DNA from: the human T2T-CHM13v2.0 reference genome, Homo sapiens | NCBI RefSeq assembly: GCF_009914755.1 | Contig: NC_060928.1 | Direction: 5' to 3' (one strand) | DNA: 64,000 nucleotides | Shown here: positions 22,375 to 39,780 of the stretch, one piece after another | Layout: every line of letters begins with the position of its first letter | Position numbering within the stretch: the stretch's first letter is position 1 | Position numbers and translations under genes: made by a program | Notes under the pieces: generated by a model | The model's input: the letters and a program-made list of their open reading frames with translations, nothing else | Databases searched by the model: none | What the model was told of the DNA's origin: nothing

Positions 22375-22862
22375 TGTGATATCGTTTGGACATTTGTTCC
22401 CTTCAAATTTCATGTTGAAATCTGATCCCCAGTGTTTGGAGGTGGGGCCTGGTGGGAGGTGTTTGGGTCATGGGGCCCAAACATGAATCTTGGCTTGGTG
22501 CCTTTCTCTTGGTAATGAATGACTTCTCCCTCTATTAGTTCCCTCCAGATCTGATTGTTAAAAAACAGTCTGGCAACTCCCTTCTCTCTCTCTTGCTCCT
22601 CCTCTTGCCATGTGATCTGCGCACTCCAGCTCCTCTTCACCTTCTTCCATGAGTGGAAGCTTCCTAAAGCCCTCATGAGAGCAGATACAGGTGCCATGCT
22701 TCTGATACAGCCTACAGAACCATGAGCCAAATAAACCTCTCTCTTTCTCTCTCTGTCTCTGTCTCTCTGTCTCTGTCTCTCTGTCTCTCTCTCTCTCTCT
22801 ATATATATATATACATTACCCAGCCTCAGATATTGAGTAGCAATGCAAAATGGACTGAGACA
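22375..22862 (+). mobile_element. MaLR solo LTR (MSTB-like) with internal (TC/TGTC)n microsatellite
   Basis: tgtgatatcgtttgg...ggaggtggggcctggtgggaggtgtttgggtcatgggg...aaataaacctct...aaatggactgagaca. Confidence 0.88.
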
Positions 22863-22912
22863 ATATGTCATCAATATACCATCTTTTTTCAAAAAAAAAA
22901 AACACAAAAAAA

Positions 22913-23182
22913 ACAGTCTCACTGTCACCCAGGCTGGAGTGCAGTGGCACAATCATAGCTCATTGCAGCCTCAAACTTCTCGGCTCAAGTGATCCTCTTG
23001 CCTCTGCCTCCTGAGGAGCTGAGAGGATACAGGTGCATGCACATCAGCTAATTTTTTTTTTTTTTGAGACAGGGGTCTCACTATGTTGCCCAACTTGGTC
23101 TCCAACTCCTGGGCTCTAGCGGTCCCCCCATCTCAGCCTCCTAAAGTGCTGGGATTACAGGCATGAGCCACCATGCCTGGCC
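22913..23182 (-). mobile_element. Alu (AluJ)
   Basis: Antisense diverged Alu dimer. Confidence 0.9.
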
Positions 23183-23317
23183 TATCACCATCATTGAATA
23201 CAAAAAATGACTGTATCCGGGAGATAAATCATGGACAAGGCACAAAACTGATAATGAGATTTTCTCATCAAAATATTGACACTATTACAAGTGTATACAT
23301 GGGTAATAAATGAATAA

Positions 23318-23648
<331 letters not shown>

Positions 23649-23986
23649 CCTCATCTGAATTTTTAAAATCACATCCTTTGCATCATTTATTTCAGTAGCT
23701 GCTCTACCCTCAAAGTCATTCTCAGCCTTGCTTTAACTTCAAAGAATTCTGCATATGTCATCTTCCTTAGATCGCATCTATTTCAAACCCTTAGCTAGTC
23801 CAAAAACCATGTAGCCACAAGTAATCATAAGATTACTGTCATCCTAGTAACTTTTGCCATTTTCAGAATGACTGCTATGTGCCAGCTAGGCTTGTAGCAC
23901 CTCAAATGTATTATGAACATGTACTAAATCTTTACAACAGTGCTGCTCTGTAGATAGCAGTATTTCCATTTTAAAGAGAGAATCCC

Positions 23987-24290
23987 AGCCAAGTGCTGTG
24001 TCTCATACCTATAATCCCAGCACTCTGGGAGGCCGAGGAGGACGGACCACTTGAGGTCAGGAGTTCAATACCAGCCTGGCCAACATGGCAAAAACCCATC
24101 TCTACTAAAAATACAAAAAAGTAGCCGGGCATGGTGGCGCGTGCCTGAAATCCCAGCTACTGGGGAGGCTGAAACATGAGAGTCACTTCAACCCAGGAGG
24201 CAGAGGTTGCAGTGAGCCCAGATCGCACCACTGCACTCCAGCCTGGGCGACAAAGCGAGACTCTGTCTCAAAAATAAATAAATAAATAAG
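23987..24290 (+). mobile_element. Alu (AluS) inside a MIR
   Basis: Alu dimer; TSD agagaatccca. Confidence 0.93.
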
Positions 24291-24813
24291 AGACAGAGAA
24301 TCCCAAGGCTCAGACAGAAGTAATTTTCTAGGGGTTATGGAGCAAGGAACTGGCAGAACTGGGTTCAACCTTAATTTCATTTGACTGCAAACTCTCCCTC
24401 TTAGTCCTGATGGTTGGTACCAGGGTGCCATTTTTCCAGATGAATCTTAAAATTACAGAATTCTCAATTTATATGTGTTCTTAACCTTCTTTGGCTCAAT
24501 GAATATTCGAACAGAAAAGGATCTTGGAGGCAATTTTGCCTGACTCTCACACTTTACAGATGAGGAAACTGAGACTTGGCTGCGGTAGGTTACTGCTCCA
24601 GTTATGGCCTTCCCTTTTCTGGTTCTGAGGAGGCAGGACCCACTTCCTTTGGGAGGTGATTTCACGCTTCTGCTAGCATAGCTTTAAGTGCACCAAAAGT
24701 CTTTATGCAGACCTTTGAGGACCTTCCGAAAGGAGCATAAAAAGTCCAGAACATGTCAATGACCCAAGCAAAGGAGACCCATACTCAGATGGCATCTACT
24801 GCAAAGGGAATAG

Positions 24814-25040
24814 AGCAAGTTTATTCAATCCACAGCCCTCAGCCTGCATGTGGCCCAGGAAAGCTTTGAATGTGGCCCAATACAACTTCATCAACTTTCT
24901 TAAAACATTATGAGATTTTTTTTGCGATTTTTTTTTTTAGCTCATCAGCTATTTTAGTGATAGTGTATTTTATGTGTAGCCCAATACAATTCTTCTTCTT
25001 CCAATGTGGCCTAGGGAAGCCAAAAGGTTGGACATCCCTG
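24814..25040 (+). mobile_element. MER30 (hAT non-autonomous DNA transposon)
   Basis: gcatgtggcccagga...ctttcttaaaacattatgagattttttt...gggaagccaaaaggttggacatccctg. Confidence 0.85.
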
Positions 25041-25964
25041 GAATAGAGCAATCCAAGATGTGTCCCACCCCACTCCCCACAGGGCAAGCCAAGGATGTTG
25101 GCTGATCCACAAAGCTGGTACAACAACAAAACAAGACATGCAAAATTCCAGCAAAGGAGATCCAAGAAACCAGCACCTGCATCCCAGAGCAACTTCTAAG
25201 GACAGCAATGACATGCAGCCCAATTAAGCAGGAAATTTCAAAGCCCTCCACTTTAGGTCCATAGCAGCTGGAATGAGGAAGAAAAGGACAAATCAGTGCT
25301 CAATAGCTTGCCCTTAGATTTGTTATCGAGCTAGAATAACAAGCAGTTGTCATATTTCAAGTGTGTTTTAAAAGTCCTGAATCAGATAACTATCATGCCT
25401 TGCATTGTTCTTGAAAATGCAAAAATAGAAAAAGGAAGAAATTATCTAAGAGCAATAAACCAAGGAAACAGAGACCAGGCAGGGGTGGGGCTGCAGATCA
25501 TCACTACTGATGCTTATGAACATTTACTACATGACAATAGTTACTACATGACAGAGTTAGACACAGTTCCAATCTCTCTGTCCAAGAGAAAGAAAGAATA
25601 AGAGAATAAAAAATGTAGCTATTTAAAAGAATGTAACGAATTAATAACAATAGAATAAGAGAATAATGTAACTAATGAAAGAATGTCACATTTGTATTTT
25701 CTAAAGAAGGCAGTTTAGGGTGACCCTAATGTTTTTCAACATTAATTTTTTTACTTTATTATGTTGTTAGGGAACATCAAAAACACAAAGTACTGTACTA
25801 AATATATCACATGTCATAAAGACAGTACACATTGGGTGGGTCAATGACTGAGGCTTGCCTGAATTAGCTTTAATTGATTCACTTAACATCTCCAAGCTTT
25901 TCCGGGCTGTTTTGTAAGTAAGTATGATTATATACAAGGTGATACATAAATATTTAACATAAGC

Positions 25965-26092
25965 ATATGTATATATCTATACATACACATGCATATGTAT
26001 ATATCTATATGTATACATGCATATCTATGTACACACACATATGTGTATGTATGTATATGCATGTGTGTGTATGTTTTTATATGTAATATATT
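25965..26092. repeat. Degenerate (TA/CA/TG)n low-complexity tract
   Basis: Directly visible alternating purine-pyrimidine run. Confidence 0.85.
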
Positions 26093-26748
26093 GAGACCAT
26101 TTGACATACCCAGGTACTGAGCCTACCATCCCACTGAATAAGTTAATTTACTGGGCTCTCAGAGTATGAATCCTTAGCCTTCTCAGAGCACATGCACTGT
26201 TTGCTCAATCTGAAAACACGTAATTATTTAACTTGCCTTCTAAAGTAACACCACACCCTGGATATGATGCAAGACCCAGCATTACAAGATAAGCTCTGTC
26301 TCAAGTTTCTGCTCGTTATAGTGCCTGAAGTATTTACTCATATGCTCAGGGACTGAAGCAGAAGTAAACAGTCAGGCCAGTATTATAGGGACACCTGTGT
26401 TACAAAATTGACTTTCTTATATTGTGAAAGCAATGAATGAAGTTCAGCAGGCCTCCTGTAAGGATGCCGATTCAGCCCACATCACCTTGGTCAAACAGGA
26501 CTTCAGCCTTATTGCCGCCCTCCCTAACGCACCCAGGTCAGTCTACTTTCCTCAGGTATCTGATCCAAGCTACAAGTCATGGGTCTCCGCTGCAGCACCT
26601 CACCTCCTGTTTATCTTCTGTTTGCACCCGTCTTCGGGGAAGTTAACCTTGCTTTCTCTCAATGTGTGCTGCCCCTGGATCTCCAAAGAGGTTTCTGCAT
26701 GGTGTGTTTAACAGGACTGGACTCTATCTTTACAATTCTACAAAATCA

Positions 26749-27049
26749 GGCCAGGCGCAGTGGCTCATGCCTGTAAACACCTAACACTTTGAGAGGCCAA
26801 GTCAGGCGGATCACCTGAGGTCAGAAGTTTGAGACCAGCCTGGCCAACATGGTGAAACCCCGTCTCTACTTAAAAATATAAACATTAGCCAGTTGCAGTG
26901 GCGGGGACCTGTAGTCCCAGCTCCTCAGGAGGCTAAGGCAGGAGAATCGCTTGAACCCAGGAAGTGGAGGTTGCAGTGAGCCGAGATCATGCCACTGGAC
27001 TCCACCCTGGGCGACAGAGCAAGACTCCATCTCAAAAAAAAAAAAAAAA
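26749..27049 (+). mobile_element. Alu (AluSx-like)
   Basis: Alu dimer; TSD aattctacaaaatca. Confidence 0.95.
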
Positions 27050-27292
27050 TTCTACAAAATCACTTCGTTTATGACTCCCTCTCTAATTAAACAGAACACG
27101 GTGTCCTGGAACAGAGACTCAGGTACAAGTTTACATTTCTATTAGGCTTGATGCCTCATATCTTCCCCACAACAGGAGTACTGAGATTTGATATAGCTGA
27201 GTGATTAAGAGCAAGAACTTGGAGAACTAGTTAGCCAGGGTTTGAATCCCGGACCACCACACACTAACTGTGCCTCACTTTCCTTACCTTTA

Positions 27293-27890
<598 letters not shown>

Positions 27891-27904
27891 CTTCCTTACC
27901 TTTA

Positions 27905-28040
27905 AGATAGATAGATAGGTAGGTAGCTAGGTAGATAGATGGAAGGATGGATGGATGGATGGATAGATAGATAGGTAGATAGACACAGAGATAGATACAT
28001 ACATAGACAGATAGACAGACAGATAGACGGATGGATGATA
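27905..28040. repeat. Compound tetranucleotide repeat (GATA/GGAT/GACA)n
   Basis: Directly visible. Confidence 0.93.
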
Positions 28041-28624
28041 GTTAACCAAAGTGCTCAGACTAGTGCCTGGTATGCAATAAATGCTACCTAAGTGCAAGCA
28101 TAACAAATGTGATGATAATGGTACTTCCTATCTGCCTTGGTGTTCAGGAGAGGATGAGGAGGGACGGGGCCACCCCCGTGGTAAGCAAGTGAGGGCATCC
28201 CTGAAGTGGCTGCAGCTGTGCTGCACTGTTCCGTTGTCTCCATGGAGGGCCTGACTTGGTGTGACCAGCTCTGCACATTTTCAAGAGAAAGCAAAATCCA
28301 AATTTCTGGATTTTAAATTGTTGGTTTACATTTTTAAAAATTAGTGTTTGAGCCAAAGAAAGCATGTCTAGAAGCAGATTTTTTCCCTTAAGTCACCATT
28401 TTGTGACCTCAGACACATATGAATCTATAATGTGTGGGTTTCCATTTTTCTTTGCTTATCATCCATACTTCTTTCTCAGCTGAACACCCCAGGGGCAAGA
28501 GAAAGCACACAGAAGGCACTCAATGAAACCCAGCTGAACAATGACCTGGTTTGTTAATAAACAAACACCAGTGGGCTTTTCTGCAAGAAAACAATGAGTA
28601 ACAGTGTCAGCTACATTTAGGAAC

Positions 28625-28927
<303 letters not shown>

Positions 28928-29056
28928 TAGGACCTTCTCTTAAAGTGCATCTTTAGGTCAAAAAACCAGGCCCTGGGAGCACACATCTGAACAAGATGCA
29001 GCCCCTGATTCTGAGGAACTTACAGACTTGTGGGGGACACAAAAGTGCAGACAACT

Positions 29057-29600
<544 letters not shown>

Positions 29601-30104
29601 CCAGCATAATGTGCATATTTTCCGGTGCCTGTGATACTAGCAACATCAGACTCATTAACATGGCCGATATCCTGTGAGCTGAAAGAAGGCACTGATAGCA
29701 TCATGGAATGCAGCCCTTAAACACACCTGAGAATAGTTAGGAAAATTTTTTTCTTCTCACGGATTACAATTTCCCTTCTACCAAAAAGAATTTGAGGCCA
29801 CTTGCAACAACATGTAATGCTGTTTTTAAACAGTTAAAAGAACAGGTGATGAGGGGAAACGGAGATGAAATCGCTGCTTCAGGAAATCAAAGTTAAGAAG
29901 AGGCAGCACGAGTGGGCACAGATCGTAGCTCTGAGCCTCCTGAATGACAAGACAAACTGGGAAGTGACAAAGTTCTTGTTGTCTATAAAAGGAGACATAC
30001 TAATTTTAAGTTTAGCATATATTATCACCGTTTGTTCTCTAATTTCTAAAGCACATAGCAAAAATCCCTATTTTGGAAAACATTGATTAAAAAGTAGAGC
30101 ATTT

Positions 30105-30480
<376 letters not shown>

Positions 30481-31466
30481 TTATATTTTTAAAGTCTATA
30501 GTTGATCAGAAGATTTTGTAAATTTATCAAGAACATACTCCCTAGCCCATGGTCACCAATATTAATAGTCTGGTACATCCTGCAAAGGAAAATGGGACAA
30601 CTGTCATCCAATTTAGAAGGATTGTATAGGAAAATTTTAGAACTGTAATTTTGGGGAAAGGATAAGCAAAGTGTCACCTTTGTGCACACACTTCTTCAAA
30701 TTCTTAACTGGATGAATGATAGCTGCAGGAGCACTTCAAACACAGGATGACACACAGCAGCTCTGAGCACATTTCCTCCACGCACTCATTCGGCCAGTAG
30801 ATTCTGAGGGCTCACAGAGCAGGCATTCACACACGGTCCTTAAAGGGTGGAAACAGCAGTGAACAAAAACCTGTGCCTTCACCATGCTCTCCCATGATAA
30901 AACACAGTACGTTGCACAAATTAAAGATGGTTGTTCTCATCCAAATCAGTTTTCCTAAAAAGGCAACTGTGTTTAGGACAGCCCTGTGTTACTGCAGACG
31001 TTGAGACAGATCCTTGGCTTTTGCCACAGCACTACCTAGAGCATAGGAATAGCTAGAGAAAAAGGAGGAGCAAACCTCAATCCATAAACAAGGCTGAGGC
31101 CTAGATCCCACCCTTCTGAGATCACTATGGATGGAGGGTGGGCCTACCTTCTGCTGCAGAAGCAGCCAAGTACCTCTTTCAGTCTGATGGTGTAGTTCTC
31201 TTCTAGAAATGGCTTTAAGAAGTAGCAAGAAGAAGAAAGCAAGCTACAACAGCCACAGAAGCTGTTAGCCAGATTAAAAAAAAAAAAAGGAAGAGGGGAA
31301 AGACAGGTTTTTAAAACCCATACAGGCATTCATTCAACAAATATTTATGAAATCTTCACTGTATATACAAAAGGCCCTGGGGAAACAGTGGGAGAGAGGG
31401 AAAGACATGGTTCTGCCCTAGTGTCTCTTCCAATCTAGAGAATCAGATGTAGAACAAGTAATCAAT

Positions 31467-31766
31467 TCTTTTTTTTTTTTTTTTGAAACAGAGTCTCACT
31501 CTGCCGCCCAGGCCGAAGCACCGTGGTGCAATCTCGGCTTACCGCAACCTTCGCCTCCCGGGTTCAAGTGATTCTCCCACCTCAGTCTCTCAAGCAGCTG
31601 GGATTACAGGCACCCGCCACCATGCCTGGCAAATTTTTGTATTCTTAGTAGAGATGGGGTTTTGCCATGTTGGCCAGGCTGGTCTCGAATTCCTGACCTC
31701 AGGTGATCCACCCCCCTTGGCCTCCCGAAGTGCTGGGATTACAGGCGTGAGCTACCGTGCCCAGCC
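31467..31766 (-). mobile_element. Alu (AluSx-like)
   Basis: Antisense Alu dimer; TSD aattcttt. Confidence 0.94.
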
Positions 31767-31799
31767 TAATTCTTTATTTAAAAGTAGGATAGCTACTAG

Positions 31800-33178
31800 T
31801 GAGAGGTGACAGCGTGCTGGCAGTCCTCAGAGCCCTCACTCGCTCTCGGTGCCTCCTCTGCCTGGGCTCCCACTTTGGCGGCACTTGAGGAGCCCTTCAG
31901 CCCACCGCTGCACTGTGGGAGCCCCTTTCTTGGCTTGCCAAGGCCGGAGCCGGCTCCCTCAGCTTGCAGGGAGGTGTGGAGGGAGAGGTGCGAGCGGGAA
32001 CCGGGGCTGCACGCGACGCTTGCAGGCCAGCTGGAGTTCTGGGTGGGTGTGAGCTTGGCGGCCCGCACTCGGAGCAGCCGGCAGGCCCTGCCGGCCCCAG
32101 GCAATGAGGGGCTTAGCACCCGAGCCAGTGGCTGTGGAGGGTGTACTGGGTCCCCCAGCAGTGCTGACCCACCGGCGCTGCGCTCGATTTCTCCCGGGGC
32201 CCTAGCTGCCTTCCCAAGGGGCAGGGCTCGGGACCTGCAGCCCGCCATGCCTGAGCCTCCCACCCCCTCCGTGGGCACCTGTGCCGCAGGAGCCTCCCCA
32301 GCAAGCGCCGCCTCCTGCTCCACAGCGCCCAGTCCCATCGACCACCCAAGGGCTGAGGAGTGCGGGCGCACCGCGAGGGACTGGCAGGCAGCTCCACCTG
32401 CAGGGGCAGTGCGGGATCCACTGGGTGAAGCCAGCTGGGCTCCTGAGTCTGGTGCGGACGTGGAGAACCTTTGTGTCTAGCTCAGGGATTGTAAATACAC
32501 CAATCGGCACTCTGTCTCTAGCTCAAGGTTTGTAAACACACCAATCAACACCCTGTGTCTAGCTCAGGGTTTGTGAATGCACCAATAGACACTCTGTATC
32601 TAGCTAATCTAGTGGGGACCTGGAGAACCTTTGTATCTGGCTCAGTGATTGTAAACGCACCAATCAGCGCCCTGTCAAAACAGACCACTGGGCTCTACCA
32701 ATCACCAGGATGTGGGTGGGGGCCAAATAAGAGAATAAAAGCAGGCTGCCCAAGCCAGCAGTGGCAATCTGCTGGGGTCTCCTTCCACATCGTGGAAGCT
32801 TTGTTCTTTCGCTCTTCGCAATAAATCTTGCTACTTCTCACTCTTTGGGTCCACGCTGCCTTTATGAGCTGTAACACTCACCGCGAAGGTCTGCAGCTTC
32901 ACTCCTGAAGCCAGTGAGACCACGAGCCCGCTGGGAGGAATGAACAACTCCAGACGCACCACCTTAAGAGCTGTAACACTCACCACGAAGGTCTGCAGCT
33001 TCACTCCTGAGCCAGCGAGACCACGAACCCACCAGAAGGAAGATACTCCGAACACATCCACACATCAGTAGGAACAAACTCTGGACACACTGCCTTTAAG
33101 AACTGTAATACTCACCGCGAGGGTCGCAGCTTCATTCTTGAAGTCAGTGAGACCAAGAACCCACCAATTCCGGACACA
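31800..33178 (+). mobile_element. LTR12C (ERV9/HERV9) solo LTR, full length
   Basis: Starts tgagaggtgacagcgtgctggcagtcc, ends ccaattccggacaca; 4-bp TSD CTAG at 31796-31799 and 33179-33182; GC-rich U3, tandem CCAAT enhancer repeats, tandem U5 repeats. Confidence 0.96.
32460..32790 (+). promoter_or_regulatory. LTR12C enhancer/promoter (NF-Y CCAAT repeats, GC/GT box, TATA-like AATAAAA)
   Basis: CCAAT at 32500, 32541, 32582, 32660 and 32698; gtgggtggggg at ~32711-32722; aataaaa at 32734-32740. Confidence 0.75.
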
Positions 33179-33416
33179 CTAGGAAGAACGATTGGAGATT
33201 GTGAGCTATAAAAAAGCAAACTAACCTAGTGCCAAAGATACCAGAAACTCCTTTACCCATTCCAACTCACCTTCCCTCCCTCTCTGGCACACACACAAGT
33301 GGGCACATACACAGGCATACACAGTCACAATATAATCAAGCTCCTACTATCTTCCTTTTTCAAGAAGACTACTTTGGGGCTGGAAATACTAAGGATGCTA
33401 TTCTTTCTAGATGTTA

Positions 33417-33810
<394 letters not shown>

Positions 33811-34255
33811 ATATTTAGACAATTGCTTCTTCAAATGTCTTCTAGATCTTTGAGTTTATGGTGCTTGACCCTATTGATACTTAATTAGAACCTCCAATAA
33901 GAACTTGCAGGGGAGCACGATGCTGAAAGTGAAAATGACAGCTTCCCGTTGGACTATGTGCTGATTTACAGCAGTTCAGTCTCAGAAAAGGAAAACTACA
34001 TAAAAATAGAAGATATAACAGTGAAATCAAAAAATTAAAACTTAGAATCTGCATATACTGAACTTTCATTGGCTGTCAAATTATATTAATCAACAATGTC
34101 AAGTTGAAAAAAAGCAAATGAAAAACAAATAAGGAACATTATTTGTACAAAGCATTGAGCTAGTCAAATTTTATCACTTTTTAGTTATATAAGTACAATA
34201 TAATTGTGGTAAATAAAATTAGAAAATTTAGACAAGAACATAAAAAATAAAAATG

Positions 34256-34982
34256 CAGTTGACCCTTGAACAGCACAGGGATTCGGGGTACCTATCCCGC
34301 ACAAATCCCGCAGTCAGAATTCTGTAGATAACTTTCAATTTCCCAAAAACTTAATTACTGCCAGCCTACTGCTGACCAGTAGCCTTACCAATAACATAAA
34401 CCATCAATTAATACATATTTTGTATGTTATATGTATTACATGCTGTATTCTTACAATAAAGTAAGCTAGAGAAAATGAATTGTTACAAAGAAAATCATAA
34501 AGAAGAGAATATATATTTACTATTCATTCAGTGGCAATGGATCAACATAAAAGTCTTCATCTTTGGCCGAGTGTGGTGGCCCGCGCCTGTAATCCCAGCA
34601 CTTTGGGAGGCCAAGGTGGGTGGATCATGAGGTCAGGAGTTTGAGACCAGCCTGGCCAACATGTCGAAACCCCATCTCTACTAAAAATACAAAAATTAGC
34701 TAGGTGTGGTGGCACGTGCCTGTAGTCCCAGCTACTCAGGAGGCTGAGGTTGCAGTGAGCCAAGACCACTTCATTGCACTCCAGCCTAGGAGATAGAGTG
34801 AGACTCCGCTCAAAAAATAAAATTAAAAAAACTCGTCATCTTCATAGTCTTGATGTTGAACAGGTTGAGGAAAAGGAAGAAGTGGGGTTGGTCTTGCTGC
34901 CTCAAGGGCAACAGAGGAGGAAGAAAATCCACGCGTAAGTGGGCCTGCAGAGTTCAAGCCCATGTTGCTCAAGGGTCCACTG
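34256..34982 (+). mobile_element. Tigger2a/MER28 (TcMar-Tigger), interrupted by an Alu
   Basis: Terminal inverted repeats cagttgacccttgaacagca ... tgttgctcaagggtccactg followed by TA; ~450 bp once the Alu is removed. Confidence 0.88.
34565..34830 (+). mobile_element. Alu (AluS) with internal right-arm deletion
   Basis: Reads ggaggctgagg|ttgcagtgagcc, missing ~30 nt between the GGAGG(C/T)-GAGG direct repeats. Confidence 0.92.
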
Positions 34983-36074
34983 TACAGCCATTTTAATAAC
35001 CAAAGTACTTTTCATTAAGTTACTGTAACAAAATGTATTTAACCAATTTCCTGTTATTGGACATTTATTTCTGATGTTTAACACAAATGCTTTAATGAAC
35101 AGCTTTATACATACATCTCTGCATAATGTATCTCTCATTATTTTCTTATGATAAGCTCTTAGAAGTGGAATTTCTCAGTTGAACAGTATTCAGATGTTAA
35201 AAAGCAGAATTACAGCAATAGCCAAATTCAGTCATTTAAATTCTTTTTTAAGGTGCTTACAGCATCTTCAAACTTAGTAAGCATTCAAAAATTGAAAGAG
35301 AACAGTCTTTATTTTCATATCAAAGTCAATAATAACATTACATATATTTAATATATAACTTCAGAACTCTGACATTTCTTAAAACCTCACCAAATACTGA
35401 CAGACAGTAATACCATATGGTTACAGACGCTTCTGAGAGAGCAAGACTGTTTCCAATTGCAATACAACAAATATGTTAACTGACTGGTTCATTTCTGAAT
35501 TTAAAATGCTGAACAGAAAACCAATCACACCAAATATAGACAATATTTTTTAAAGTACACAACTGCACTACATACCATAGCAGGAGGACACAGGACTGAA
35601 ACATGTATTTATTTGTTTGGTCTATGGGCAAAGTCATCATCTCTCTGGATCTCAGTTCTGAGGGTAAAGACACAAGAGCTAGGGTTTCCAGACTTTTAGA
35701 ATTAATAGACCAATTAAACTAAAAAAAAAAAAAATCAAGAAGGAACTAACAACTAATGCAGGGTTACCAAGGAAATAAAAACACAACACCACCACATACT
35801 AGCATATCATCCATAAATAACCTTAAAATGGGAGGAGGGCAACATACTCTCTGAATAAGAAACCATCATTAAATGTAATGCATTTATCCTGATTTTTATT
35901 TTTTTGTCTGCTCCATTGCTCATGTTTTTCTCATTTTGCCCTGGAGTGTGAAAACTGTGCCTCAGACTTGTACTAGTCCCCCAACTCTTGATTGAAAACA
36001 ACCTCCCTAGATAACTTCTAAATCCTTTCCAGATTATAAAATGCTGTGTTTTGTGATTCCAAATTTTAATTTAG

Positions 36075-36405
<331 letters not shown>

Positions 36406-36744
36406 TTTGCAAGGACTTTTAAATTCAGTCTCTCTTACTTCTTTGAGGCTGCCAATGAGTGGATCCCATGAAGTGGGGATCGGGGGTGGATGCTTTCTGA
36501 GGGAGGGCCTCCTGGGGCCAGGCAGTGAGCCATGCATGCAATAAGGACACAGAGACACAAAGCACAGCCTCTGCCTTCAGGGGGCTGTCACCTAGGGAGC
36601 AACAGGAGACTAATACCCAGGAGGACACAAGTGATAGAACACACAAGGTACGCCTGGGGTACCTGGGAGCATTTAGGAGCAGCATTGTACCCAAACAGGT
36701 AGAGAAGGTGAGTGGGCCAGATCTTCTGGATAAGGTGACACTTA

Positions 36745-37139
<395 letters not shown>

Positions 37140-37379
37140 CTATGGGTTGGAGGGTTGCAGAAGATACTGAAGAGGCAGACACATTGCCAGATCAAGAAAA
37201 CCTGCAGTGCCACATTCAGGAGTTTGGACTTGATCACCAAAACACTGGGATGTCACTGAACTATTTTAATCAGGGGAGGAGACTGAGGCACATCTCACAG
37301 TTTGCCTCTTCCCCCAGCTCAAATTTTAAAATAGAGCTTTATAGCAGAAAAGAATCTCAAGGTCAGAAACTCCTATGTT

Positions 37380-38490
<1,111 letters not shown>

Positions 38491-38617
38491 CTGCTGTCCC
38501 GAGATTCTCAATCTGTGGTCCCAAGGCCCCTGACATGTAATATAAAACGTTCTATGCTTATTGGTTGTGCATTATTCTCAGGATAGAGGACAAGGAACAT
38601 TAAGAACCACTGATTTT

Positions 38618-38688
38618 TGACTTCCTGCTGGCAAGGATAAAAATAAATAAAATAATTAATAAATATATAAATAAATAAATAAATAATA
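38618..38688 (+). mobile_element. Miniature retro-insertion: 21-nt body plus A-rich tail between 16-bp TSDs
   Basis: aagaaccactgatttt repeated at 38602-38617 and 38689-38704; body tgacttcctgctggcaaggat; TT/AAGA endonuclease-type site. Confidence 0.75.
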
Positions 38689-39089
38689 AAGAACCACTGA
38701 TTTTAACGGGTATACGCTGAAAAGTATATGCGGAAAGAAAGAAGCAGGCCTAGAAGAAAGGGCGTAAAAGAGGTGAGGCAGGCTTCTATGATTCCAAACC
38801 AGAGTGTGCGCACACACACACCCTTTTATTATCTCTCCCTCAATTACACTAGGACTTCCCAATAGTATTTTCTCATTTTCCTTCCCAGAAGGCCCACCAG
38901 CCAGAGGCAGGCTCCTAGATCTACTGCAGATTGGGCTTATTTCTTTACCAATATCTTTGACATATCACAGAGAATAAGGACAAACAAGTCAAGATGCTGC
39001 TTTATTTACATTTTGGTTTATAGACACATTCAAAACTTTATACGGACAAGCTGTCACCTATTTTTTTTTGGAATCAGGACAGCCATTAA

Positions 39090-39780
39090 CTTCAATTCTA
39101 ACTCCTAAATATTTCTCTAATCTGCCCATTTCTCTTCATTTCCACTCCAACTATCGCATCTTGCTTTGACCATGGCAGCACTCTCCTACCTGGCTTCCCC
39201 ATATCCTCTCTGCCATACTCTCCAATCCACTGTCCATGCTTTAACCAAAACTATCCCTTCACTCACCAGCTCTCAACCTGTCCATGGCTGCTCTTTGCTC
39301 TCTGGCTAAAAGGCCAACCTCTTGGTGCATGTGTCCAACTGTGCGGTCTGCCTGACCTACCTCCTCTATGATGCTGAGCGCCTCTTCCCTCACCCTGGCT
39401 CCCACCACACCTGGGACACTCAGCCATTCTCTCTCCCATACCATGACCTTTGTCATTCTATTTCTTCTGCCTGAATGCTGTCTCTCCCACTCTTTTCTCT
39501 CACTGAGTTGACTTCTACTCAGCTTAAAAATAACTTCCCTGACTTCCCAGGCCAAGTCATGTGCTGCTATTTCATGCTTTCATAACAAAAGCATAAAATA
39601 CTCCACTTGTTTTCTTTAGCAGCTATCCCAAATTTTCAATAATATAGTTCATTAACATCTGCTTCCACTCTGGCAGGAGACGTCCATGAAAATAGGATGG
39701 GATCTGTTTTGCTCTTCTTGAAATCCCAGAGCAGGGCTAACCCAGAGCAGATGACCAATAAGTACTGTTGAAGCAGGAAG
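39090..39780 (+). mobile_element. L2 LINE 3' fragment
   Basis: CT-rich L2-type sequence ending …caaataagtactgttgaag. Confidence 0.7.

Noticed and set aside
31796-32535. Longest ORFs in the track (224 aa on +, 191 aa on -)
   Set aside because: They lie in the GC-rich, stop-poor U3 of LTR12C and have no domain signature
32460-33160. Regularly spaced direct repeats resembling a CRISPR-like array
   Set aside because: These are the normal ERV9 LTR enhancer and U5 tandem repeats, with no unique spacers, in eukaryotic DNA
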